Assembly (NCBI GenBank): GCA_013239625.1
Contig: MU054323.1
Location: forward strand, 15,504,029 to 15,568,028
Source of the DNA: Lama guanicoe
Taxonomy: Eukaryota
Direction: 5' to 3'
Length of the DNA stretch: 64,000 nt
Both the position numbers and the translations under genes were made by a program. The notes under the pieces are model-generated. The model searched no databases and was not told the origin of the DNA. It saw nothing but the letters and a program-made list of their open reading frames with translations. Positions 25,321-38,959 of the stretch are shown in pieces (the first letter of the stretch is position 1; each line of letters begins with the position of its first letter).

Positions 25321-26444
25321 ATGGATTTCATTGTGCCTAATCACCCTGCCTACCGTCTTCTCCTGGGCTTGGCTGTTCTGAACCTTTTGGCCCCATGAGC
25401 ACACTTATATAAGACCTCTGCTGATTCACAGTGAGCCCTTTGTAGTTAGGTCCAAAGAAGTGATTTCCCTCCATTGTTACTGAAGCAAGTCAAAAACGTA
25501 TGACTGGCCTTTTGCAAATTGAGACTATCAGGAGGATTCTGCTCTGCCTGTGTGTCTGTTAGTGTTGTTTTCTGGCTTTGTGAAGGGAGCATTCATGCAT
25601 CCTACCTACCTGCTTTGTGCCTCCAATTCAGTAACGCCAGGAAGAGATATGTACAGGAGGCCACTGCATTTGGTGCCAGTGATTCTTTGGTTTTTACGTA
25701 TAAATATTAGCCATTCATAATTTGAAAATTTTACTTATTTGTAGGGATATCTAATTTTTCTTCCCCCCTTTCTCCCACCTTTCTTCTTCTGCCTACCTGC
25801 TAGTGGAGTTCTGGGTACTTGTACTGGGTGTTCATGCCACAGAGATGGGTAAAATGCAAGACCTGCCCTAAGAAGAAAACCTTCTGTAGCCAGCACTCTG
25901 AGGAAGCATCATCATTTCGAGCCAAACTTAGAAAGTTGGACAAGTAAATCCTATTAAGAGGGAGCTTTGGTTGTGTAGGAGAAGCCAGGCATGTGTCGTG
26001 CTGGCGTTCGGAAGTAACTGACCCGTCCCCCAGGGCCACGCTCTGCAGATGTGGGTTGAGTGGGTGAACTGGGAACCAGCAGAATCAGGGTGCCCTTGGA
26101 CATCACTCTTGTCGGAGATCCCCTTCTGAGGTCTGGCCATTCTGTCCATGCATCCATTTCATCACACTGAGATTCTTGACCTAGGTTAGTTTTTTTACCA
26201 TCTTGCTCGCTGCCACCACGTACCTAAAAACATAATTAAATACCAAATGGAATTTGTCATTTTCTCTGTACCATACAGACAGAAGTACACGGAAGGTATG
26301 TGACAAAACAGTAGAGCTTTCTGCTCTCACCCCTCCCATTAGCAGGGATTATTGGACACCTTCGGGTGGTGAGTCGAAGTAAGCCAAACCACCAGGTCCT
26401 CAGTTGTCAGAGTCTTGTGATTGCAGCTACCGAGCTCTCCTTCC

Positions 26445-26640
26445 AGGCTCTGGCGTCAGACTGGCTTGCATCTGGGTGATCAGGGCAAGTTGCTTTATTT
26501 CTCAGGGCCTCTGTGTCCTTATCTGTAAAGGGCAGATAATGATACCAAACTGATGGGTTATTTTGAGGACTAACTAAATGAGTGAATGCCAAGCTAGCTT
26601 TACTACCTGACATGTGCTAGTTGTTTACAAGATAGCTGTT
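26445..26640 (+). mobile_element. MIR SINE relic
   Basis: gggcaagttgctt...ccttatctgtaaagggcagataatgatacc...tgaggactaactaaatgag. Confidence 0.7.
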
Positions 26641-28559
26641 TTATAATGTGCGTTTCTGAGTCAGCCCGCGCCAGCTGACATGGAAAGCCCCCAGCTTCCC
26701 CTCCTTTGTTCTGACACCAGCCTGCCTCCCGTTCCTCTGACCCTCTGAGGACACGCACACAAACAACTTCCCTTTTACCTTTTAATTTTAACCCTCAAAT
26801 ATTCTCATTTTCTTCCACCTGGTTTTAGAAAAAAGAAAGTCCCTTGTAGTGAAAGATGGTGTGAGTATGTTCTTTCTCCCATTGCAGCTACATGATAAGT
26901 ATTGATTCTGTCTACATCTCTCCTTTACAGCTCTTTTCAGTATCCCGCCAAAGCCCACTGCACATAAAATAGTCCTAACCATTTATGCCCAAGTTTTCCA
27001 TTAGGGGTTAGACTTTGTCTATACAGACCACTGGCAGCAAGATTTCTTCCTTAAAATAAGACCAGCACCAAATAAATATTTCTCCCCTGTTACTAGTTTG
27101 TTGTTTCCGCATTTACTCTCTCTTTCGTTCTTCTAGCATTTATTGGCTGCCTCCCCCCTCCCCATATGCCAAGCCCTATGGGCACAAAAATGATAAAAAT
27201 GGACCTTATCCCTGACTAATACTGGCAATGTGTTGATAATAGTGGTATTATGCTAATCTGTTGTAATGCTATTGCAATATAGTCGAGCATATTACAGACA
27301 GTCACTTGAAAATTGAACTCAAAACCTAGTAGAAACACGTCCTTCAAAAGTACCTGGAGGGTGTGTGACAAAGGATTCCTTTATTTGAACATACTATAGC
27401 TTTGCTGTTTTAACCTGTAACAAATAACACTTACAACACTACTAAGCAAACTAATGCATCAAGGGCATACAAAGAATTTAAATTGTCCCTGACTCATTTT
27501 TCCAAAGACATATTTAGAATAAAGAAAAGAAACATGGTGGGAAGTGTTTAAGTACATATGATAGCAACAAAAGTTAAAACTGAAATCATTTAGATAAGCC
27601 ACTAACAATCTAACACTTTATTGGTATAAGCTATTAGTAGCATTGCTTTTTAACCAGAAATGTTTGTTGCTATTAAACATACATAATACACTTCAGCTTA
27701 CTGTGGGAACTATATGTAGTAAGTGACATTTATATGAGTTAAATGACATCTGCCTTCTGGCATCCTGTCTTACACATCTTTAAATCAGGTGGATTTGATC
27801 AGATTATTTGTAACTTCTCGTCTAGTTTCAACATTCTGTAATTCTAGGAATATACTAATGCTTTTATCTAGAAAGTGATGCAGACATGGGGAAAAAAGGC
27901 TTTCATAATTTTCAAGAAATATGTATCTGAATCAAGCATCTAAAGAAGGTGGCAGCATCGAATCCAGGGAGACAGGCTCCTCTTTTCATTTCTTTGTTAC
28001 TCTGAACACTTACCCAGGGCAAGTTTGGGACCGCCATTTGCAGTGTTGCTCTTCTTTATTTAATAGTCTCAAGAACTTTATTCATGGTGTCGTTAACTGA
28101 TTGCAGGTTGGTGGGAATTGCCAGAACCCAGGCGTGTGAAACGCTGCAGCAGAGCAGCACAAGTCTAGGGGCACTGCCACTCTGGGTTCTGTAGGCACGT
28201 TCCGTGGTGCTCACTTACAACAGAGTACGAATGATGCTCCCTAAATTGTGCCACATTTTGGCCCTGGGAGCAATGCTACATCTTTTTTTTCTCTTGGGTA
28301 AATAGAGTTTACTACATAGTTGCTATCAACCAGCCATAATACACAGGCTCTGTACTTTGCCATTATTTATCACTGTCTCTTCAGTGGTAATTTTCCCCTC
28401 TAGATTAGAAAGCATTTTTTAGATCACAACAAAGTCATAATGTTGAAAAATTATGAGCATAAAGCTACTGTTCTTTCTGTGGTTGTCTCAAGTGATGTCC
28501 TAAAGCTTTTCAAGCAAACTTACAAACCCCCACCCATCTATAAATAAAATGTTTCTCTC

Positions 28560-28705
28560 CTTTTTTTTTAACTTAATAATTATTTATTTCTGTAAATTTT
28601 TTTTGTCTTTTATTTTTAATTGAAGTATTGTCAGTCAATTTACGATATGTCAGTTTCTGGTGTACAGCATCATGTTTCAGTATATACATATACGTGCATG
28701 TATTT
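28560..28705 (-). mobile_element. Short L1 3'-end insertion
   Basis: T-rich tail followed by aattgaagtattgtcagtc...tctggtgtacagcat. Imperfect flanking repeat aataaaatgtttct / aatagatgtttct. Confidence 0.75.
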
Positions 28706-28810
28706 GAATAGATGTTTCTAATCTATTCTGCTTTATGTAAATGTTTGCCTTGATATTTTTGAAGAAAAGTCTGTAATCGATACATGGACCTAGGACTGTC
28801 TTAAAATCTT

Positions 28811-28946
28811 TTTTTTTTACCTGAAATGACCTTTTTTTTAATTGAAGTATAGTCAGTTTATAGTGTGTCAATTTCTGGTGTACAGTATAATAATTCAGTC
28901 ATACATATACATACATATATTCATTTTCACGTTTTTCATTAGAGAT
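28811..28946 (-). mobile_element. Short L1 3'-end insertion
   Basis: aattgaagtatagtcagtttatagtgtgtcaatttctggtgtacag. TSD TTAAAATCTT at 28801-28810 and 28947-28956. Confidence 0.85.
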
Positions 28947-29125
28947 TTAAAATCTTCAATGTTCTCTGTTTCTGAGCTAGGTGATGGTGTTTGGATATAG
29001 TTAGCAAGTGCCAGTGTTTTGAACATTTTTCAGTGCTAGCAGAGTAAGTTTTTTCATCCTACTATTTTTCTGTTAATATGGCAGTCTGATGAGAGTGGAG
29101 GAGTAAATAGCAAGAAAATTGACTG

Positions 29126-29200
29126 GTTCATTCATTCAGCAAATATTTATTGAGCACTCACTCCACGCTGAACACTGGTCCCTGCCCTAGAACTCCTTTC
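29126..29200 (-). mobile_element. L2 3' terminus
   Basis: ttcattcattcagcaaatatttattgagcac. Confidence 0.65.
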
Positions 29201-30444
29201 TGCTGGGAAAGAGAAACGGGATGGCATGCCCGTGAGCAGTCCCAAGGCAGGGCAGCACTGGGGCAGCCTGCCTGAGGTGTCACAGCCAATCTGAGATCTA
29301 CAAATGCCCTATATTTTTGCTGAAACATAGCAGCCTTTGCTTGAAGTTCCCTTTCACTGCAAAGCATAGGGAGTTGAAGACAAACTTAGTTTCTATCAAA
29401 TGTATTAAACTTAGTGATGGAACAGCTAGCTTTTGTTAAGGGTGAATGCCATTCTAGATTAAGGTCTATGCAAAAACTCCTTTTTCACAGGACCAGAAAA
29501 ATAAAGGCACACAGATGCTCAGATTTCAAGTTTCAAGGAATTTAATCCCCAGGGATGTTGACTCAAGTAGAGAAGTTCTCAGAGTGTTTTTAATTCATCT
29601 ATTTCCCAATGTAATCTACTTGGTGTGTCGACTCAACAATTTTTGCAATAGGAAAATGGATTTGCAACCTAGCTCTCAGTGTCAGAGAAGGAAACATGGC
29701 TTTGAAAGTCTTCTCCCTCCATCATCCCCTTAATAATGGGAAAAAGATGGAAAAATGATGACCTTTCAAATCACATAATTACAAATTTTTAAATGAGCCA
29801 TTTAGAATTTCGCTTTTCAGAATGCAAATGAGTAATCAGTTGCTTCACGGCGTGATATAGACCCATGAGGTTATGTTAAATACGTGTAATGAAAGGTTTA
29901 TGATGATAACAAAGTAGAAAATTACACCATAAATCACATTTTCCTTTTTAAAAGATAGCAAGTTAAATATGTAAATATTGCCAGCTAAGATTCACAAAAG
30001 ATGCTATCTTAAAATGTTTATGTAAAACATAAGCACATCTCACCTATTAATTGTAGTTAAGGTTTAATTTTAGACTATAAGATTTGTGTGTGGAGAAGAC
30101 AAATGTGTTCTGTTCCTACTAGTAACTTATGCAGTATTTATAATATTTAATGCTTAAAGGATGTCCCAGTAAAATAAAGATTCATTTGTTATTCCAACAA
30201 AAATAGTTTCTGCTTCCCATCTTACCAGTCCGTGCAGAACAGTAACCAGACATTGCCATGCTTTTGCCATCATCATATCTACTTCTGTAAATTGGATTAT
30301 CTTTCAAACTCTGCATTTAACTTAAACAAGTTTCACTTTGCTTTAGTTACCTCACCAAGCATGCTTTTTCTGTTTACCTTAACATTTTTATTGTCTTTAC
30401 TACTCTGTTATGCCCTACATTGCACCTTTTAAAATTTTTTTAAA

Positions 30445-30625
30445 GGAGGAGGGTATATAGCTCAGTGGTAGAGTGCTTGCTTGGCATGCATGAGGTCCTG
30501 AGTTCAATCCTCAGTACTCCCATTAAAACAAATGAATAAATAAATCTAAAATTAAACCTAATCACCTCCCCCCAAAAAAATTAAGAAAAAAATTTTAAGT
30601 TAAAAATTTGAAAAACAAATAAAGT
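30445..30625 (+). mobile_element. tRNA-derived SINE (vic-1-like, camelid type)
   Basis: GGAGGAGGGTATATAGCTCAGTGGTAGAGTGC...GAGGTCCTGAGTTCAATCCTCAGTACTCC shows A and B boxes, followed by an AT-rich spacer, CCTAATCACCTCCCCCC and an A-rich tail. The 3' boundary is approximate. Confidence 0.85.
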
Positions 30626-31502
30626 TTCTTTAGAAGACTCTCTGTTAAGCTAATAGAAGTTTCTTGTGCCAGCCACCATTTCTTTCCTTTTGTTCTGCTA
30701 AAATAATAAGTTATAACTGACTAACAGAGGACAGTTAAATATCACTCCAGATTCTGCTAGCAGGGGAGAGTTTGAACATTTCAAATAGTGCATAGTTAAA
30801 CACTAATCTAGGTATTCTTTGGCACATACATTTTTTAGTCAGTTAACTAAGTATATCCAGATACCTGGATATTTGTCAGTGGTAGGGAAAAAATGTCTAA
30901 TTGAAACACTGAATGTTTCACTTTCTATTATGTCTTGAGAGATATACCTATTAAAGGAAAGGTAAGCAATCCATTATGCTGCATGTGGTGTGCAGTATCA
31001 TATGGTAACATCTAAAAACTCGTGAAAGTAACATGTCAGCATTTAAGAAAGTGCTTGTCGTGGCCATGTGGTAGAAACAAACACATAACGAAATTTGGGG
31101 TGTAAGTTTCCAGTTCTCACATTTGAATAATAATTGGTAATCACTAGTTTGGGGTGACTGATAAGAAACAAATTCCCCAAAGAAATGCACTCAGAAGAAA
31201 TTTCACCCGCATCTCAAATAGTAATTAGAATCCGCTCTTCAGCCCTAGATGGACATACACATCAGAGATCTATTTTTTGGAGTTGGACTTTATTTTGTCT
31301 GTTAGTACCAACACACGAAGTTATGTGCTGAAAACCATGAAAAAGCACAGTCTATAATTTTTAACCACTGCTGATGCTGTGGCAGTGGAGCTGAGAAGCT
31401 TCCACCCACAGGAGGTTGGAAGGTCAGGGGACGGTGTTGACGTGCCGGTGTGTCCTGTTCCGGCATCTGCAGAAGCATCATGCTGTCCGTGTGTCTTTGC
31501 AG

Positions 31503-31659
31503 GGGAGGAGCTTTGCACGGGCCTCAGACGAGGCTGCACCCTGGACTGCCCCTTTGGCTTCCTCACCGATGCCCACAACTGTGAGATCTGTCAGTGCCGC
31601 CCACGCCCCAAGAAGTGCAGACCCATCATCTGTGACAAGTATTGTCCGTTTGGATACCT
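31503..31659 (+). CDS. CRIM1: CRIM1 exon (approx. exon 9; antistasin-like repeats), 157 bp, phase 1-2
   Basis: Acceptor tgtctttgcAG|. Translates EELCTGLRRGCTLDCPFGFLTDAHNCEICQCRPRPKKCRPIICDKYCPFGYL. The donor CCT|GTGCGT is the position that keeps frame with the next exon. Confidence 0.93.
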
Positions 31660-33911
31660 GTGCGTATTTCTTGATTCAGAAACTCTATTTTTAGTTATGT
31701 GTGACTTGATGAAACACCCATTACCTATTTTTTGGGCTCTTTAGTGTGTGTATGTGTGTGAATCAGGGGTGTACTGAGTCCAGAATATCTATACTTGTTT
31801 TGTTAGAGGAATCAGAAGGCAGGGAAAGGAGGTTATTTCCAGAGATGAGAATCAGGGTTTACTCTTTCTTGAAGATGAGCCAGAGACTTGTTATGACACT
31901 GCCCTTCAGGCCTGTTGGGTGAGATTGCCCCATAGCCAGGGCCTTTGGACACTGCCTGGGGGAATGGAACTGTCATGAGGTCCCAGTGTTGTAAGTGCTT
32001 TTTGCACAACTATCCCAGGGACTATTCTGTGATAAATTACTCAATCCATACTTTTAAGATTAGTCAACAGCCACTCCTTCCAACACAGAGCATCCTTACC
32101 TGCCTTGCCTCCTCATCTTAACCTTAATGCTTATCTACTATTTATAATATTCTTTCTTTAAATAGCAGTAGATTTTATGAATTTCCTTGGAGATAAGGAC
32201 TATGACTTGTATTTTCAAACACTGTTTATTGAATATTGATTTGCTCCATGAAAATCCAGATTATTCTGGAGGGAAGTAGACACTTCAGGTCGGTAACTGT
32301 CATGTCTGTATTAGCATCTACTTCTGTCTGTACGTCAAGTTAGTCCCTTAGAAACAACCTTTCAGAGTCTTTGCTTTATCATTTCTGCCTTGGTTCCCTT
32401 CCATGTTGGTCTTTGTGCCTTTCTGACTTGATATGTTTATATAGCGCTAGTAGTTATGAGAGACTTAGAAGCTGCCATCTCCTGCCCATCTTCTCAAACT
32501 CATTGTTTTTATTCTTCTTCGGAAATTCTAGTTTAGCGGGAATGGAGGGGGTGGCTTAATTCTAATTTTAACCGGGTAATTAAGTCTAGAACATTATTCT
32601 TAAAAATTCCCCAGTTAAACTAATAAATCATCATTGTTCTTAATCCTAAAATATGATTATGATACCAACAAAGTATAGTTATTTCTTAGTTGAACTGCTT
32701 ATGTAGAGTGACATGTTATCATAATAGTAGCCATAACCACTTGCCCCATTATGACAGTTCAGAACCAAGGCTGCATTCAAGTCCAACCTTCATCTTGGAG
32801 AAACATCTCTTAGAGGATTGTAGATTCCACTTTGTATTCCTGTCGGTAAGCAACTTCAGGCAGGACCAAGTTGACTGTCGTGGGCAAATGAATACTGCCT
32901 CAGCTGGAACATGTGTTTCAAGGGCAGCCTCTGAAGGAGAGATCTTGGCCAGACGCCACATGGGGGTGTTAGGATGAAGACAGCCATTGATGTCCCTCGT
33001 ACACACCTGCTGAGTGGGCCATTACTGTATTTGTGCAGCAAATGCTTACAGAAGGGAGGTGGGGAGGGGGAGAGGGATGGATGGGTGAATAAATGAATAA
33101 ACAGACCAATCCATAAAGCCTTGGTGGTAGATCTTGAAAAATGACGTGAGTATGAGCGATTCGTTCAATTCATTTTTCTCCTATATATTGACAGAAATAT
33201 GTTGACCCTAGTGTTCACAAAATTTAGGCACTCTGGTTTATTAAAGGAAAAAAAGAAGTTCATCCAGCCTTTTCCCTTTATCCTCTGTGCTTCGGCCCTG
33301 CCCTGTCGGTGGGGTATTTTTTAGTTAGTATTGTTTTCTGACTTAATGAAGTAATTACTGGACATTGACAGCAGGGTTTCTCAGAGGTTTTATTCTTCAT
33401 CAACATTTGTACAGTGTTCCCAGGTCTGTAGATCTGCAAGTTCGCCTTCTGTCTGCTTTAAGGTTCAGTTAATTTTTCACTGGTGTCTGGAATTTCTCAA
33501 GAGAATGTGGCTGTGTGAGGAAGTCTGTGGCCCTGACAAAGAAGGACTTCTGCCCCTCTTGCTGGCCTTCAGCACTGACCAGCAGTGTACTCTTCACCTT
33601 CCTCTTGACAGAACTGCACAGGCATCTTTGTGTACCACATTTCCTAATTAAATCAACAGTCACTTCCTTAGGATTCTGACAGTCACATCCTAGAAACACT
33701 TAAGTGCTTGGACAGTTCAGACCTTGGCCGTGGAGGGGGTGGTGGTCACGGCCACAGGGAGCTGTGACGCATCACTCCAGGGGTTTTTGAGAGCAAAAAG
33801 TCAAGTTATTCTGCTTCATGACGATATCACTTCAGTGACCCTTGGTCTGAGCACTGGGGCATCCTTTGAGACTTGGATTTTCTGACCGCTGACAAAATTT
33901 TAATTACCCAG

Positions 33912-34033
33912 GAAGAATAAGCACGGCTGTGACATCTGTCGCTGTAAGAAGTGCCCAGAGCTCCCATGCAGTAAAATCTGCCCCTTGGGTTTCCAGCAGG
34001 ACAGTCATGGCTGTCTTACCTGCAAGTGCAGAG
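33912..34033 (+). CDS. CRIM1: CRIM1 exon (approx. exon 10; antistasin-like repeats), 122 bp, phase 2-1
   Basis: Acceptor ttacccAG|, donor GAG|GTAAGT. Translates KNKHGCDICRCKKCPELPCSKICPLGFQQDSHGCLTCKCR. Confidence 0.95.
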
Positions 34034-35176
34034 GTAAGTGCCAGCACGCTCCCCTTCCCCACTCAAGGCAACCAGAGGCACAGAAACGGAGAACAGACGG
34101 GCAACCTGTAATGAAACAGTTTCAGTGATTGCTGTGTCTTCTGACACCACTGTCACTCTCTAGGGGACCATCCTTTGTCCTTTCCTCTCTGGAATAGAAA
34201 CTCAGAATGGAATTGAAAGTAACAGGCAACACATGGACCAAAATGAATCACTTCTTAGCTCTTCAGTTTTACTTGTCTTGAGAACTTTAGCCTAAAGCAC
34301 CTTGACCTTGACCTCCATAGAGTCTCTGTCCAGCAGTGGATTGAGACAGTTGATAACAGCAAAGATCCCTTTTCAGAGCCCTCTCAGGGTGGGTGAGGCT
34401 AAACAATCTGCTTGTGTATTTATTTTCTGGCTAACACAGTTTTCCCTGAGAATTTAGACTTTTGCTGAATGAGCACATGCAGCCTGCAGTTGTGTGTGGG
34501 TGCAAATCCTGGATATGCCTTTTGCCTAGGACTTCCTGCTCCAGGGACATTTCTGAAGCTGTGTGAGCACACGCCGTGCCGTGCCCGCCGCTTCTGCCCT
34601 TGCCCCGGCTGCATCCCAGCTGCCCGCTAGGTTGTAGTTGTCAGCATGAGCCACAGATGAAACAGTGAAAGATCCATAAAGCTTGTTCCATGTTTTTTCA
34701 GAGTTGGACAGTTAATGGTGTTTTTAAGGGGTCAGAGAAACAGAAATCTAGTCACTGCTTCAATTTTTCTGCTGAACAAAAAAATCTGTTAGTTTGCAAG
34801 GGGCCCAGGGTTTCCCCATTGGATGATTTCTGGAGTGATTATTCTGCACATATTAAATGTCTGTAACATGTGCTATGAAACGGACCAGTGCTTGTTCATT
34901 GTATATAATAGGAGGACCTAGAACGAAAGGAGTAAAAATCAGCTATAATCCCACCAATGGGAGAAAAACGTATTTGCAAATTTTTTTTCTATCTTTTTCT
35001 TTTTTAAAAATTGAGGACATATTAACTTAAATTCTTTTCGTGATCCTATGCCATGTTGTGAACTGTGCTGTGTGGATGGGATTTTGGGTGGCTGGGTAGT
35101 GGAACCTGAAAGGCACTGCAGGCTGTTTTTGTGTGCAATAGCTGCTCCTTTACCAGGCTGCCTTCTGTCTGTCCAG

Positions 35177-35386
35177 AGGTCCCTGCCTCCGCGGGGCCAC
35201 CCGTCCTGTCGGGCACGTGTCTGTCCATGGATGGCCGTCATCATAAAAATGAGGAAAGCTGGCATGATGGCTGCCGGGAATGCTACTGTCACAATGGACG
35301 AGAAATGTGTGCTCTGATCACCTGCCCGGTGCCTGCCTGTAGCAACCCCACCATCCACCCAGGACAGTGCTGCCCGTCATGTTCAG
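35177..35386 (+). CDS. CRIM1: CRIM1 exon (approx. exon 11; VWC repeat 3), 210 bp
   Basis: Acceptor ttctgtctgtccAG|, donor CAG|GTAAAA. Translates EVPASAGPPVLSGTCLSMDGRHHKNEESWHDGCRECYCHNGREMCALITCPVPACSNPTIHPGQCCPSCS. Confidence 0.96.
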
Positions 35387-38300
35387 GTAAAAGCTGGCTC
35401 GCTCAGCAAATGACTTCTGCCTGTAACCCTCGGGGAGGTGCAGGAGGCGGCCCCTGGAACACATTTCAGCTTTCTGGTTTTTGTCCACGTGGCCACACTG
35501 TCGGCCAGGCGCTGTAAATGATTAACCAGAGACCAGAGAATATTCTAAAGTTCTGAAACCACTCTCCTCATGTCGAATGGTTTACTCAATTATATTGGGC
35601 TTTGAACTACATTTGTGTAACAGTTTGTGGGCTTCTGCACTGAAAATCCAGCTCTCCGTTGTGTGGATGGTATATTAAGGCTGAGTGTCTTAGTTAATTG
35701 GAGGGGCTTGATGCTCATTTTATTCCCTGAAAGCTTATTATTTACAAAGTAATTATTTGAGAGGGAGAGAATTATCGTAGTCTGTGGCTATTGCATTTTT
35801 GTTTTAATTAATGGATATGTAGCAGTGTTGCTAAATGGAGACATTTAGAGTGACCACACATCCAAAACATTTAAAATCACAATTGTGGTAATCAAGGTAA
35901 GTTAGTAGAAGTGCAGAACAGATTTATAAGTCATAGGGATTCAAGCTGTGGTTGTCAGTAACAGTATTTATTACCATAATACATCGTCTAGTGCCTTTCA
36001 TCCAAAGAACTCAGCACAGTTTTATAGTTATTTCTTCCTCTGTGCTAGGCACTGAGTTAGGGAAATATACATTTAGGCAGTTTTTCGTTTGGAAAACAGA
36101 CACAGAAAAATTAACTCTCTCACCCAAATTAAAATAGCATGTCAGCTGGAAAGCCAGGGAGAAGTGAAGTCTCCTGGTTCTGACATAGATTTCTTTTAAA
36201 GTTGGAAGATGCTGTTTGATTTTGGAGTAGTGATGATATTTCCTCTGGTCAGTCCTGCTTCTGTAGCCCCACCTGTGCAGCGGGTGCAGTCAGGACCTGA
36301 GGCCAGGGCCTCTTGCGGGAAGGCAGGCCCAGCCTGGAAGGGAAGCTGTGCCACATGCTGGCCAGCCTGCACCTGCTCTGCCCACAGGGTGGGGTTGGTG
36401 GCGGGGGGAGGGGGGGACACCTGAAGTCTTGTTCAGCCCTGAGATTCTACACATCTCAGTAACTAAGGTATCAAATGACAGGCAGGCCCCACACCCTGCA
36501 GAGGATCAGACTACAAGATGACAGTGTTTGTTCTGTTTTGTTTTATTTTGTTTCCTCATAGTGAAGCCCAAAACTGTTTCCTTTTTCACATGTTTTGCTA
36601 CTTAAATATGAGTAACCACAGTGTTACAGTGTTACACCACTGAAACAGAAGATGAGTGAACAATATAATGAGACAGAACTCTGTGTTGACTCTTTGGGGA
36701 AGGAAAAATCATTTGTTCCAGTGAAGACCCCATGCTTTAATTATAGGCATGCGTGTGTAGAGTGTGGCTTGCACCTGGGTCTTTGCTAAACCATGTTCTC
36801 CGTGAAACTCTGAGTCCAACTGGGGGAAATGCAAAGCTATTACTCAGAACAGATGATTGGCTTAAACACTGGAAGACAGTGAAATCCAATCTAGTATTCT
36901 CTGTTACAGAGATATGGAAAGTTCTGCTGCAAACACGCAAAGTTATTGATGTATTGTGGCTGTATGAATATCTAGATGTACAGGTATAAAAGTATACATG
37001 TATTGATGTATATGGATGTGTAGGTTTATTGTTTCCAAAATCTTCAGGGAGTTGCCACATATGGAGTCTTCTGAATGGACACCCCCTCTCCCCAGCACTG
37101 TTACTGTTACATTTATGGACTGCTACTTTAAAGAATGCTTTCTCTCCTCTTACATCCAAGGATCAGCTGCTTTTTTGTTTTTTGTTTTTTCCTGGGGTAA
37201 GTGAGCCCAGGAACTCTTCTGATAGAAGATTCACCAAATGATACTGTTTCTCAGATTTTTTCCCCTGTCTTTCTCACCCTCTGCCTTTCAGTTTTCCTGT
37301 CACCTCCGTCTTTCTGGTCACTCATGTTTTTGCCTTGAGGCACACAGTATATATAGCAAAGGAATTCGCAAGGTGAGACACCTGCAGACACACATTGTTT
37401 TTCTTCTGGCCACTTTCCTATGTGTCAGCGTTTTTAAGGACAGCAATTGTCAACCCTCTCCAGGTCCTTTTGGAAGCCTGTTGCTTTCAGAAGGGAGGCT
37501 TTTTCCAACATGAGTTTACTGATGCTCTTTGGAACAATTTTTTCTTTTTCTGTAAACCATGAGAAACGCACTTTTATCTCATCCCAGCTCAGTTTTCACT
37601 CTAATTCTCTTCCTCCCTACTTTCCTCATATACTGGAAAGTTTGCTCCAGTTGCTTATGAGTATTAGTGTTGGCGAATGTCGGTTTTCTGTGATATGTCC
37701 ACTTGTCAAAGTTCCAGTCCTTACTAGTTCCCTTGAGATAAAGCTGTATTAAGAGTTACCTTCTTGGCTGGAGATGCGCCCACAGCGCTCTCTCATCAGT
37801 ACCGCTGACTCCCGGGCTGACCACTGCTTTGAAAGTCACCGCCCGGGAGTTCTTGGGAGATTTCAGCTCTGAGCATCTCTACACAAACAGGGCAGTTCTT
37901 TTCTTCTGGGGCCCGATTTCCACTGAGCTCCAAGCGTGAGCCCGCCGTGGTGTCTCCAGACGGCTTCTCGGCAGGGTTCCATACTGTCAACACCTTCTGG
38001 TAACGCTTGTTGTATTTGGATGACACAACTGTGGTCCTTCATGCTTCTCATTTCCCCAGCACGACTCCAGGGCAACTCCCAGAACCTCTCTGGACATTTT
38101 CAACATCAAATTCCCTCTCTATCATTATCATCTCAGCAGGAGCCCCAGATCACCTCTCCTCTGGGGAAAGAACTCGTAGTTATCATCAGCCCCCGAGCGT
38201 TTACCTCTCCTGATAGTATTGCCACATAAATGTTTAGTCTCAGGTGAGGGTTCAGACTGTTGGTTCTGAAAGCATTCCTGCTCAGTTTGCTGGCAACTCA

Positions 38301-38439
38301 TCTAGATTGGGGTGTGTCCTGCTGAACAGCAGGACTTATTTCTAAGCCTAAAAGGACTCAGGGTCCCGGAGATAATGGAGTGGATGGGGCACAAATCAGT
38401 GGGAAATCGTGTTTAATCTGGAGATGTAGCCATGATCCA

Positions 38440-38600
38440 GACATAGACAGGGGTTCAAATCTCTTGTCTGCCCTGAATACTCTGAGCTCTCCGTTTCCTC
38501 ATATGCAAAATAGGATAATAGTACCTATTCACAAGGCTGGTGTCAAGAATAAAGGAAGTAGCACATTAGCATGGAAATTGGACCATAGCGAGCATTCAGT
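38440..38600 (+). mobile_element. MIR SINE relic
   Basis: gggttcaaatc...gtttcctcatatgcaaaataggataatagtaccta. Confidence 0.7.
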
Positions 38601-38959
38601 AGATGAGAGATCTTTATTCTAGACAATCCTACACATTCTCAGACATCCCCTATGAGGCCCCTGTTCTCTTCAACAGTAGGAGTCCCTGTAATTTAATTCT
38701 CTCATTTAGTTCTCTCATTACTGTTGACAAACTGGAACCACTTGAACCTCACTTCCTGAAGCTAGCTCTTCCGCTGCTGCCTTCTATTTCTATGCATGGG
38801 ATGTTTTCTTCCCTGTTCTCTTGATAGGAACAGAGAGAGAGACTCTACAGCCAGTTCATCTTCTCTGTCCCGTAAAGCCCACAGCACCGTGTTCTTCAAG
38901 AGCTGACAAGACTGCAGATGAATAATTTCTTGCGTTTTGGTTTTGTGTCGTTTCCCCAG

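Noticed and set aside
30453..30520. tRNA gene
   Set aside because: It has A and B boxes but degenerate stems and a SINE-type tail, so it is a tRNA-derived SINE.
30853..30872. 8-bp hairpin ATATCCAG-ATAC-CTGGATAT
   Set aside because: Short enough to arise by chance in 64 kb, with no supporting context.
31660..31672. U12-type intron donor (GTATTTCTT at +5)
   Set aside because: It does not match the strict GTATCCTT consensus, and using it would break the frame with exon 10.
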